From contig OZ024741.1 in the NCBI GenBank assembly GCA_964016885.1, positions 310,744,001 to 310,808,000 of the forward strand: a stretch of DNA of 64,000 bases, read 5' to 3'. Shown one piece after another: positions 26,087 through 37,893 of the stretch (its first letter is position 1; each line of letters starts with the position of its first letter). The translations under genes and the position numbers were made by a program. Below the pieces are notes generated by a model. The model searched no databases and had not been told where the DNA came from. It was given only the letters and a program-made list of their open reading frames with translations. The stretch is from Eledone cirrhosa (lineage: Eukaryota).

Positions 26087-27272
26087 TTAGTAAAAGGAAA
26101 AGAAAATGCTGACAAATCACATGCAGCGTGAAAATGGAAATGAATTATATATTGGAGCATCTATGTACAACAATAATAACTAAGTGAAAAAATGCTTAAT
26201 TTAACGATACTGATAATTATAGTTGGTAGATGGTGGGGGTGGTGGATTAGTTGTTTTTCCAGGATGCGGAGGAGTGGGTTGCTGAGAACTACCACTTGGT
26301 TGGTTCTGCATCCACTGACTGTACATAAAAGCCATATTTTGTAAGTTTTGCAAACTCTGTGCACCAGTTCCACTAGCTGCAGTAGCATTTTGTTGAGTAG
26401 TACTTGCCGATTGTGTTGGAGGAGGTGCTGGAGCAGCTCCATAACCATTCATCTGGTAAGAGTTCTGTGGCTTTTGAGACCCATACTGTTCAGGTGCTTG
26501 TACAGCTTGTGAATTATTCTGAGTGTTATAGTTTGAGTTATTTTGAGTAGGATAACTGGCATTTTGAGATGGATAATTAGATTTAGGAACCACATTGCTA
26601 CCAGTATTATAATTAGGTTTTGAATGTATTCCATAACCACCGGTCTTGATCCCTACACTAGCGCCATAACTGACTACACTATTTTGGTTAAAATTACCAG
26701 AGTTAGCTGAAAATCGATTTCTTTCAGAACTACCACCTGGCTTAGACCCAAATGATCCTCTAGACTGAGTACCAGCCCCATAATTTCCTGAACCCGAAGA
26801 CCCATAGCCTCCACAAGAACCACCTCCACGATAACGGCCACTACCATAGCTGCTCCCACGAGAACCACCTCCACGATCACCACGGCTGCCACTAGATCCA
26901 AAGCGGCCACCACTTCTATTATCTCTATCCCTGCCACCTCTGTAGCGACTGCGTCCTTTTCAAAATATTCCTCTTGCACTCTCTACCAATTGCATTAATT
27001 TAGGATTGATGACTTGGTTAGCTTCTTTAAGCACAGACATAAGGTCTTGTGCTTGTTTCATATTAGCAGGAGTGAAGAAAGTGTACGCAGTGCCAGTAAT
27101 GTTGCTGCGAGTAGTTCGCCCAATACGGTGAACATAGTCTTCTGAGGTGGCCGGGTAGTCAAAGTTTATCACAAATTTAATATCATCCACACCTAAACCT
27201 CTAGATGCAACATCAGTAGCAATCATAATTGGTATGCTTCCTGTTCTGAATTCACTTAGTACCCAGTCTCTC
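26087..27272 (-). pseudogene. DDX5/DDX17: 5'-truncated processed retrocopy of DEAD-box helicase DDX5/DDX17 (p68/p72, Dbp2 family): helicase C-terminus, RGG/QN tail and short 3' UTR
   Basis: [79 protein letters not shown]. There are no introns, and one nonsense codon at 26960-26962 interrupts an otherwise open frame to 26201. Confidence 0.9.
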
Positions 27273-27722
27273 AATATATATATTTATTAAAATAACATAT
27301 TAAAGTTTAAGCAAACAATCGCTGCTTTCACCCTTAACGGGATCTTCTGAAACTAACGAAGTCTATTTGTTCTTATATATTTGATATATATTTATCCTTA
27401 TCGGGCCCTCTTTGGATTTTAGTCTTCAAATTTATTATTACTATATATATATATATAAAAATTAGAAGTGTATTGCAAAACACATTATATATACATTCAT
27501 ATATATATATATATAAATATGTATATATCCATTGTCATAAGTGTAGTGTTTGTACCAGATTTTTCAAGTCGCTGGCTGGACTAAAAAGTCACACTCGTTC
27601 AGCGCATGGGTAGGAGTTCTCCTACATGGATATAAAGTAGTGGCCGTACTCGAAAACGAGTTGGCAGCCACCATATGTATATACATACATACATGTATGT
27701 ATGTATATATACATACATACAT

Positions 27723-30551
27723 CATTACATGCATGCTTAATAAAAGATTCAGACGAAACCAACCATCAGTCTATAGAGATATGAAGGGCAAAATAATAAG
27801 TGTCACTGAGGCCCCATCCCAGAAAGACATAGATTCCTTTTGTAGAAAAATATGGGGTGAAAAGAAGAATTTCAACCAAGATGCAGTGTGGCTAAGAGAA
27901 ATCCGAAAGAACTATTGCTCCTACACTACAATAAAAACATACTAAATAAGTCAGGGTACCCTTGAGACTGTGATAGAAAAACTCCAAGATAAGAAAACAC
28001 CAGGAAGAGACATGATTGTCGGCTACTGGTACAAAAAACTGATATTCTATCGGAGGTATCTTACTGACCTCTACCAACAAGTTCATAAGGGAAATACACT
28101 TATACCAGAATGGTTGACATTAGCACAAACGTTACTGGTCCCCAAGAACAAAAACACCCACTTGGCAAAAAACTACCGACCCATTGCATGCCAGAACTTG
28201 ATGTATAAGATGTATACAGCCTGGCTGAACCTATTCCTCCAACATAACTGTGAAAATAATAACATCATCACAGATGAACTAGCAACTGGAAAGAAGAGGG
28301 TTTGGGGATGTGCTGAACAACTCCTAATCAACAAAACTGCGATGTCGGAGGTGCGACAACTTAGGAGGAATATGACTACAGTCTGGCTGGACTACAAGAA
28401 AGCTTTCGATTCTGTTCCCCACTCTTGGATGATAGAGGCCCCCCAACTTGCTAAAGTCCCAGACATTATTGTCAGAGCCATAGAGAGGCTGTCTTCTTCT
28501 TGGGCTACTATCCTAAGGTTAAAGACAGAGAGGGAGGACTCTATTTTCACTGATAAAATAAAATGTTGCAGGGGTATATTTCAGGGGAACAGTCTCTCTG
28601 TGATATTGTTAATCTTGTCATTAAACCCCTTGTCCTTTCTGCTCAAGAAATGTGAGGGATACATCATTGGCTCACAGGAGGACAGAAATACGAACCTAAC
28701 CCATAAGTTCTTTGTGGACGATCTTAAACTGTATGCCAAGAACATGGATGGGATGAAGAAAACTCTTGACCTGGTTACAACGTTCTCAAAGCATATAGGA
28801 ATGGAGTTTGGCCAGGATAAATGCTCATATATGACTGTAAAGCGGAGAAAAACAACAACTCAATCTAGCAACATTGTCATCAATTGTCTAACTGTTTCAC
28901 CGATATCTGATGAGGACTGCTACAGATACCTCGGGATAGATGAGAACATATCCTATAATGGTATCTGTAATAAAGAACGCGTAACCAGGGAATACTCCAC
29001 CCGATTAAGAAAGATCTGGTCATCGGATCTCTCTGCTCAAAACAAAACAGTGGCTCACAATGTGTTTGCTGTGCCTGTCCTAACACCTACGTTTGGAATA
29101 CTCAATTGGACGATAGATGAAATCCGAGCAGTTGATGTTGGAACTCGAAAAATACTGAACAACACCGGAAAGTTCCACATCAACAGTGACATAGACCGCC
29201 TTTACTTGAAACGTAAGCAGGGAGGCAGAGGCCTAACATCAGTCCAGACAGCATTTGAATGTCGCATCATATCTCTCCGACAACATCTACGAACCTCGAA
29301 GCGTAGGAGCCCGCTTCTCGAGCAAGTCTATCTGCATGAAACAGATAAGATCATGAGAGTTGGGAAGGAACTCCTCGAGAGATATTCCCTGTGTGATAAT
29401 CAAAAACTCACACCCAGGGATGTCGCTTAGCAGTATCGCAGTGAATCCATGGATGATAAACTGCATGCCTATCAGCAAAAAATCATGCATGGATATGTTG
29501 CCAGGAAGCTCCAAAGTGAGTAATATAGATAAGGAAAGTAGTCTATCTTGGACCAACAACCGCTATATTGTCTCCCACTTTGAAGGATACGCTTTTGCAA
29601 TCCAAGAACAGGAGATTAGCACGAAATACCTAATTCACAATAGAGATAGGGATGTAGGCAAAACACCTAGATGTGATAACAAGTGCAGACTCTGCAGAAC
29701 TAACATCGAGGATATCACCCATGTCATCAGCAGCAGCCCAAAGATGTCATCGCGGTACTATCTACCTATGAGGCATGATGTAGTGGCCAAAACACTGTAC
29801 AATGCAGTACGTAAAAAAGATAGCCCCGATAATAAACACATTAAAAGCTACAGCAATGTGGAAGACATCCATGTACATAATATGAAAGAGTACTGGTGGA
29901 ATGTTCCAGTAAAAACCCCAATAAAATGCAAGCATAACAGACCAGATATTATATGGGACAGGGAGAAGAAAACATGCACAGTAGTGGAAATTAGCTGCCC
30001 AGCAGATGCCAATATAATATCAAAGATTAGTGAAAAGGAGAATATTTATGCAGAACTGATGAGAAATCTGCAGATACTCCACCCTGATTACACCTTCAGA
30101 TTTATGCCTGTGCTTGTTGGGGCACTGGTATATGTTAGTAACTGCCTCAATACAAATCTTGAGAAGCTAGGCTTCACAGGAACAGAAAAAACACAACTAG
30201 TTAGGAAATTACAAGTACAATCTATTAATGGAACAGTAAAAATATGTAAAACATTCCAAAAATGTTGCATCTAATAACTGCATATACACATGTACAGATA
30301 CAAAGCATATACACATGCACACATACAACTCAAAACATACACATCCACACATACAATAACATCCATATCTACACATGCATGCATTCAGACATACATACAT
30401 ATCTACCTAGTTGATGTTGTGTAAATTCCAATGAGAGAGTCTTGTGTCTATGTTAGAAACCGACTCTCTATTGGTAAAACTTTGTGAAATTATAAAACCA
30501 GAAGAACATACATACATACATACATACATACATACATACATACATACATAC
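27723..30551 (+). mobile_element. 5'-truncated R4/Dong-clade non-LTR retrotransposon (RT, CCHC zinc knuckle, restriction-like endonuclease), frameshifted
   Basis: ORFs 27970-29430 (NYRPIAC, WLDYKKAFDSVPH, GIFQG.SLS, FVDDLKLY, YRYLG) and 29360-30274 (CRLC..E.ITHVIS, RHD, RPDI..D...VVEISCP). (CATA)n tail. Confidence 0.92.
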
Positions 30552-30720
30552 TGACTACTACCGGTATTAACTCCAAGTCAACTATTATTTTGGACCTCTA
30601 GTATTAGGTTGGAGGATCAGGTATGACAGTATTAATGAAAATGAGAAAAATATTTGAGGACAGACACGTAATTAAAGTATTCAATAAGTGAATAAGATAA
30701 CAAATGAGTTTTTATCTTAC

Positions 30721-30784
30721 CAGCTGCTAAAGTTGACTGCCATGTTAATAATTTAATAAATCCAGCAATAGAAAGGCAGGACAT
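30721..30784 (-). CDS. Possible first coding exon (signal-peptide-like, phase-1 donor)
   Basis: ATG..MSCLSIAGFIKLLTWQSTLAA-G|gtaaga in apparently non-repetitive sequence. Weak evidence. Confidence 0.25.
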
Positions 30785-31179
30785 TGCAAGCCGAGTTAAA
30801 TTAAAAATCGAAAGTGAGGAACATTCAGCTGTTTTATATTTTGTCACGACGTTGCTGAGGGAATTATCGTTAGCGTTCAGTATCACGAGACGGCGTGTGC
30901 ACCCTTTGTGCAAAACTTCAGTCGATTACTCATGTTCTATTTCACTATATATGTTTATGAGGTGATGACTGTTTTAGAATTAGTGTTATACATATATTTA
31001 TTTATTTATTGATACAGAATGGGAAGAGAAATAATCTTGGCATTTTCAGTTCTGTCGTAGTGGACGAAACTGAGAGGAAGAAAGAGTAGAGATGTATTTT
31101 CCAGACATGACCCGAATAGATCCAAACCACTTAAATCTGGTAAAGGTGCACAAATAATAGATGGTGATGTTACACTATG

Positions 31180-31378
31180 CATAATTGTTTCTACTTTTGG
31201 CACAAGACCAGCAAATTACCCAGTACATTACTGGTACTTTATTTTATCGACCCCGTAAGGGAGAAAGGCAAAGTTAACCTCGACGGGATTTGAACTCAGA
31301 CCGTTACACTATACATAATTGTTTCTACTTTAGGCACAAGGTCAGCAATTTCCAGTGCATTACTGGTAATTTATTTTA
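31180..31378 (-). mobile_element. Two partial tRNA-derived SINE copies
   Basis: Same SINE body and 3' end, preceded each time by gttacactat.cataatt. Confidence 0.8.
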
Positions 31379-31423
31379 TACATAAAGACAATCTTTCTGT
31401 TTCAGGGAACGGTTATTATTATT

Positions 31424-34400
31424 GGCCGTAGATGTGTGAAGACGTTGCAAGTCTGTGAGAGAAAAGGTTCGTAATTTTAAGCTGTTTTAAAATATTATTT
31501 TGTGTATTTTCTTGTCGATAACGGTGCATAAGATACCCACTCTGGTTCGAAGGAGAGGAGACCTCTCAATATTTGGGCTTTAAGCCCGAATGTTCGGATT
31601 TATTTAAAAAAAAACTTTGAAAAAATCACCCCCTCAAAAACATGGAAAATTTCGACCTTCAAACGGTAAATAACTTACAGGTCAAAAGGTCAAAAACAGC
31701 GACTAGAGCTGCCACTACTACTACTAATCCTACCATAAACATGTGCGATATGTCTGTTGTCAACCCTACTGAACAAGACAAGGGTGCGGTTAACAGCACT
31801 ATATCGCCTCCAGCCGGCATCACCACCATCACAACAACAACCAAGAAAAACAACAACATCAACACCTTCAATATAAACACTAATAACGGTAGCAGCAGCA
31901 ACAACAAACAAAGCAACAACAACAGCCAGAACGACAACACCAACAACAAGAGCAATAATTGTTTCTACTTTAGGCACAAGGCCAGCAATTACCCAGTGCA
32001 TTACTGGTACTTTATTTTATCGACCCCGTAAGGATGAAAGGCAAAGTCAACCTCGGCGGGATTTGAACTCAGATCGTAAAGGGACGTAACTATGCTAGAA
32101 AGCATGGCGTCCGATCCTCTACCGATACTGCCAATCCACGAGCAATAATGAAAGCAACAACAAGCTCAACGGCTGTACCACATTTGCAGCGGCCGCAGCC
32201 AAAACAAGGCGCTTTATTAACGTGGATATCAGCGATAAGGAACGACAGTTGGCCCAGGGGTGGAAACTGATTAAATGCGAGAAGTCCTGGGCCAACCTAA
32301 CCATCACGGACGAGGCAATAGCAGCTAAGCAAAAGAGGACGGTATACTTTCGATGCATTTCAGTGCAGACTCGCAAAGTGGTATTCGCCAGTCAGGAAGA
32401 AGTCGAGGCAGCTTTGGAATTCATCAAGAGTGACATTGAGTACAAAGCAAGGGCCAAGCAGTTCGTTACCACCTCGGTACTGTTCAAAACCGAGGCCCTT
32501 GCTATTAAGCTCCCCGTGACCTCCTGCAGAACAGAAGGCATTATTATGCACCCGTCCTACATGTGAAAAGGACAGCAAAGATCCGCATTCCTAGGATCCC
32601 ACCAGGAATGAACATATGGTGGCTCTTGGGATGCGTATCGTGGAGGGCACAAACACTAACCTCCTAGATATTAAAAAGACGCAGAGAGAGGACTGGTTCG
32701 GAATGAATTTGGAGATTCTTCTCCAAATGAAAGCAGAGGACCTAAACAACATCCCGGATGTTGCCCGCCTGCAGGACGGGATAACGATTCAATTAATCAC
32801 CGAGTGAAGTAGGCCACACTGATTCATCTGCGGGGAAGCAAAGCATCTACAAGCCTTCTGCCCTCAGAAGAAACGCAAACCTCCTTTACTGCCAACGTCG
32901 GTGTCGACACGGAAAGTTCCATCACCACCACCAACAACAACACCAACAATGACACAGCAAAACAGCCGGATCACCACCAACACCGAAACCAACCCAAGGG
33001 GAAATCGAGGAAAACTCTCCCACTCCCCTTACTCCTCAAAATATACACATGGACAAAACCAAAAACACACACACAGACACAGTTACACTCACAACCCTTT
33101 GTCATCCAGTAGTGAAGATGAAGGAAAACCAAAAAGTGCCAAAAAGCAGAAGAGAAAACTCACAAAAAGACCCCACAAAACACAAAAACATACACAACAA
33201 AAAGTACAGACACCACCAACGCAAACACTTCCCCAATAGCATCAACACAAATATCAACATCAACACCACCCTCACAATCCCCTAAACGCAAACACAAGAA
33301 CAAATAAACACACAGACACCTGAAATTGCAGACACCACATCTACAACAAACACGGAGGTACCCGAAACAACACCAACAAAACCATCATCATCACAGTCAC
33401 CGAAACGAAAACAAATAAAACTACACCAACAAAATATTAAAAACTTCGTGCTTGTCAGAAGGGCCAACGAGAAATTGATGGCCCTCTTAACACGAAGCGA
33501 GGACATTCAAATAGAAGGGTAATCTTTGAATTGAGCACATTTTGCGTGCCAGAAGGTTTTTTTCTGGTGCGAATGTCGCTCGATTCCTACAAAGAAACTC
33601 GAGAGAGCTTTCCTCAGGACGTAGGGAACCCAGAACTTTGAACCCACATCGAGACTTTTAAAAGGGTTCCCAAAAGAAACCCCACCAACCATGGAGGTCG
33701 AACCACCCGCCCTTCACAAGATCCCGCGAGGTAAGTAAACCTTCCCTCTCTCTTTTAGCTTGCCAACATGGCCATATTAAGAGTAGGATGTTTAAATTTT
33801 TGAGGTCTGGGGTCACACTGGAAGCAGGGTCGTCTGCTCAACGACCTCAAGTCTCTGGAAATGGATGTGATTGCCGTCAGCGACACCAGCAATTCCGACA
33901 CGCGCGCACTAGCCTCCATTTTCGGCGACTATCAGATCTTCGCACCTGTTAGCAGGCCGGGAATAGGAGGTGAGGTGGCAGTGCTGTTTAGGAAAGGACT
34001 ATATCTCGAGGTAAGGTCGACCTTTCGTGACTCGGACGGTAAGTTAGTGGTTCTGGATGTGAACAATATCGAAGGTGGTGCCATTAGACTGCTGGCCGTC
34101 TACGCCCCTACCGGACGACCATACCTCTGGGTATGTATGCGTGGGTGTAGCTGATAGCACCTAATCAGCCAGTTCCAACTGTCTGACAGGTACCGACTAG
34201 ATTTCCCCAACGCGCCAGTGTGGACGTGGACCAACCGTATAGGGTCATCTAGATCGTATATAGACAGGATCTTCGTTTGGAAAATATATAGAAATTGTGT
34301 AGGCTGCCCACTTTTTAAAACAGTCGCCTATTCAGATCACAAATTTGTGATCTGTATTGTCGACCTAGATAAAATGCTTAGGTTAGGACCTGGTTACTGG

Positions 34401-36403
34401 AAGCGGAACATCTCATTTCCGACACGTAAAGCTTATAGGGCACGTAAGGCTTACAGTCAACAATTTAGTTAATCAAAAGTTGAGAGGGGGGATCACAAAC
34501 AACAGATGGTGGGGGGTTCTCAAAAGAGAGATTAGAGTAACTATGATAAGGTTTAGCAAAGAAGTAGCGTTAGAGAAAAATATAAAGGAGGGGGAGTTAG
34601 ATAAGTTAGACGTGGCTATTTGTAGTGGCATTGCAACGGGCATGTTAGCGGCGAGAATTGCATTAGACCATTTCTTCAATGCGAAACATGAATGTTGCAT
34701 TGTCAGAGCTAAGGCGCGTGCTCTGAGAAACGAGGCAACCAAAGCTGTTAGATGGGCCACGTGGCGGAGGCGCAGCGTGGTAATAAAACCACAATTCGGT
34801 CTTTGACGGACTGAGAGGGACACGAGATAAGCGATTCCAAGCGGAAGTGTGAGGCCTTTCACCAGCACTTTGCTCGGTTGTTCGGGGAGAGTAGCGGGTC
34901 AGAGACAGTAGCGGACTTTAGTCCTTACCTTGACGGCTTGCCGCGCATCTCGACGGTTGACGCTCAGTGCTGCGAAAGGCCGATTACTTAAGCCGAAATA
35001 CAGGACGCCCTTGTCGGCTGCACGAGGCACGAGCCACCCGGTTTATATGGTCTGCCCTATGAGCTTTACGTAAATATGCCAGACTTGTTCTCCGATCTCC
35101 TCGAAGTGCTCTACTGCAACTGAAAGCAGAGTGGGAGCATTCCTAGTTCTGTGAGCAGGGGAGTGGTGACGCTGATAAGGAAAGACGAGAACAAGAGTGA
35201 TACATACAGGCCCATAACTCTGCTCAACACAGAGTTTAAGATTTGGGCCAAGGTGCTAGCAAAGAGGTTGGTGCTTGTCGTCGAAGATTTGGTTGGGGAG
35301 GCGTAAACTTGCACAATCCCAACCAGGTCCATCCAAGACAACTTTCACCTCATGCGATACATCATAGAGAGGGTAGGCTGCAAACCTGGCTTGGGTGGGG
35401 CACTGATCAATTTAGATCAATCGAGAGCATTTGATAGGGTTGCCCATCGGTACCTGGAGGTTGTCCTCAAGGCAGGTGGCTTCGGCCCCGTCTTCAGAAG
35501 CTGGATCACTGCAATGCACATCGGCATCTGCTCGGTGGTCAAGGTTAATGGCCACCAATTGGAACCGTTTCAGGTCTCCAGATCGGATCGTCAAGGGTGC
35601 CCTCTCTCTTCCCTTCTGTATGTATTGATGACTCTCGAGCCTTTACAGCGGAAGCTCGTGCTGTTGCAGGGCATCCCTCTCGAACCGGGACGCGGAAATG
35701 CTGTGTCGGCTTATTCGCACGACATCACCGTGATGGTGTCGGACACCTCGGAAATCGAGGTGGTCGGCATATTATTGAAGGAATATGAAAGGTTGGAGGG
35801 AGTGAATCTTAATCCAGAAAAGAGGGTGAGCTTGCAGCTCGGCACCTGGAGAGGCAAGTCCACACCGTCTAACAGTGTCGTGGGGTGCTGGACGTGATCT
35901 ACCGCCTGAACGTCGTGCCTTGCCCCCGTCCGCGCCTTGCAAAGTTGGAACGGCTCCTCTTCAAATTGTTGCGTAGCCGACAAGTCCTGTTGGTGAGCCG
36001 GATCATCTGCTGCCAGCACCCTCTACGCGGAGTGTTGGGCATGCGTTGACTAATGATGCGCAGACATTCGCTGAGGCTGCCACATCTCCAGACATTCTGC
36101 CTAAACGGTGAATAGGTGTGGTCGCTGTTTATTAGACGGGCCTTTCCGCAGCTCGTCTCTTTGACTAAGCTGCAGCCCTGGCTCAAGAATAAACCAAGAC
36201 TGGGTGACTGGAATGTTTCCAGGCACTCATTGGAAGTTACGGTAGAGGTTGTATGGTTGACCAGATTGAAAGGACTGAAGACAGGCACTTTCATCTTCGG
36301 CCAATCCCGCATCAACTTCTTTAAGTTTCACCTGAAAAGGAAGGTGAGGGTGGAGAGAGAAGTGATGCCCCCCCCCAGTACATTTGCTAAAAGGTGGATG
36401 AAT
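31424..36403 (+). mobile_element. Tx1/L1-clade LINE unit A (ORF1 from 31642 with zinc knuckle; ORF2 APE-RT from 33768), disrupted and lacking its 3' UTR
   Basis: ICGEAKHLQAFC knuckle at ~32825; EN motifs (VYAP, SYIDRIF, SDH); RT motifs (LDQSRAFDRV, RQGCPLS, AY..DI). It starts right after (ATT)n. Confidence 0.9.
31960..32139 (-). mobile_element. tRNA-derived SINE inserted in ORF1 of unit A
   Basis: Full SINE body with target-site duplication gagcaataat at 31950-31959 and 32140-32149. Confidence 0.92.
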
Positions 36404-37893
36404 GCAAAAACATCACAGCTTCTCAATCCAAAAGCGAAAGCAAAGGGTAAAGGCTGCATGGAGAGGTGCAGCAACACCAGCTCCATCACCATCACCACCA
36501 CAAGCATCACCACCAGCAACAACCATAACACCACCAGCAACACCAAAAACGCTAACATCAAAAACATAGCCAAGCGCACACACCCAACTGCAACTACAAG
36601 AAAACAGCACCCCCTCCCCGCAAAAAAAGGTACACTGGCATAAACATTGCACACAAAGGATTAATGGAACATATAAAACAGCACACAGTTACTACACCCC
36701 ACCAACACCAAGAACATTACCAACAAATATTACAATTGTCGAAATTAAAATTGATAACTATAAACAATTAAAACAAAAACTTTCCCAACTGCGTTGGGGA
36801 TTTCATGTCGTCACTGCTCAGAAGAATCTATACAGATATCGTCTTGGAGACACCCATGACCAGCCGAAGGGACGATTCCAATGTCCCTTCGCCACACGAT
36901 CAAGGTAAGAGATCCTTTCTCACTTACCCCGTTCCTCACCCATATGGCCGTACGCTAAATATGCAGTGTAAATATACGTGGCCTGGGGTCATCTTGGAAG
37001 CAGGTCACTTGCACAACGATCTAAGGTCACTAAACATAGATGTGGTGGCTGTCAGTGAGACCAGAATCTCCGAAGCACGAGACTTCGCACCGAACTTCGG
37101 CGGCTACGATATATACGCATCTCCCAGCCGTCCAGGATCGGAGATGCAGGAGGTGCTGTCAATCGAGCCTGTCCGAGATGCACGCAGGGTGACGAAACCG
37201 TGCTGCATGCACTCGTTCTGTGCCCGAGGATTGCTGACTCGTGAAGCTATGTCGAACAGCTGCTGTCGCGTGTAGGACGGGTCCGGTTATCGACTGAGTC
37301 CATTGTGCAGATAGCCCCGCCATCCTCCTTTAAAGAGGAGGAAGGGCAGCCAGTTTTCATCTGCCTGGTGGCCAAGGTTGAAAGGGTTGAAGACGGACAC
37401 TTTCCTCTTCGGCGAATCCCTGATTAACCTTTTCAAGTTTCACTTGAAGAGAAAAATCAGGGTGGAGAGGCAAGTGCTGTCTTCTAGCAAGTTTGTTGAA
37501 AGGTGGGTGAATGTAGCGAGAAAGTTCCGAGTGGACGGGACCGCTCTGAATATACGCTTGTAGTTTGAGGAATGGGAAAAAACTGAGAAAGGATGCTTGC
37601 CCTGGTGGTCAGGTTTGTCGTGGTCTTTTGTGTGGTACTCGCCTCGTGTAACCCTCGAAGGTTTCCCCCATATTGGGGTATTTTTCATTGTTTGAGCTTT
37701 CAATTTTATTGTTTATATATATATATATATGTTTCTATGTATTTTTATTCTTTTTCGTTTCTTATATAAATAATACAAATCTTTACACGCACAAAACCCA
37801 CATCGTACCGTCCTGTACCGTCCTGTGCCGTCTGTAATGTTTTTGTTGATGTCAGCCCTTGTGGACAATAAATAAATCATTATTATAATTATT
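36404..37893 (+). mobile_element. Tx1/L1-clade LINE unit B: end of ORF1, start of EN, large internal deletion at ~37141, ORF2 C-terminus and 3' UTR
   Basis: NDLRSLNIDVVAVSETRIS jumps directly to the C-terminal CPRC region. It ends cccttgtggacaataaa followed by (ATT)n. Confidence 0.85.

Noticed and set aside
26201-27274. Functional DDX5/DDX17 gene
   Set aside because: It lacks the whole DEAD (N-terminal RecA) domain, starts in a TA repeat, has RGLD>RGLG and carries an internal stop.
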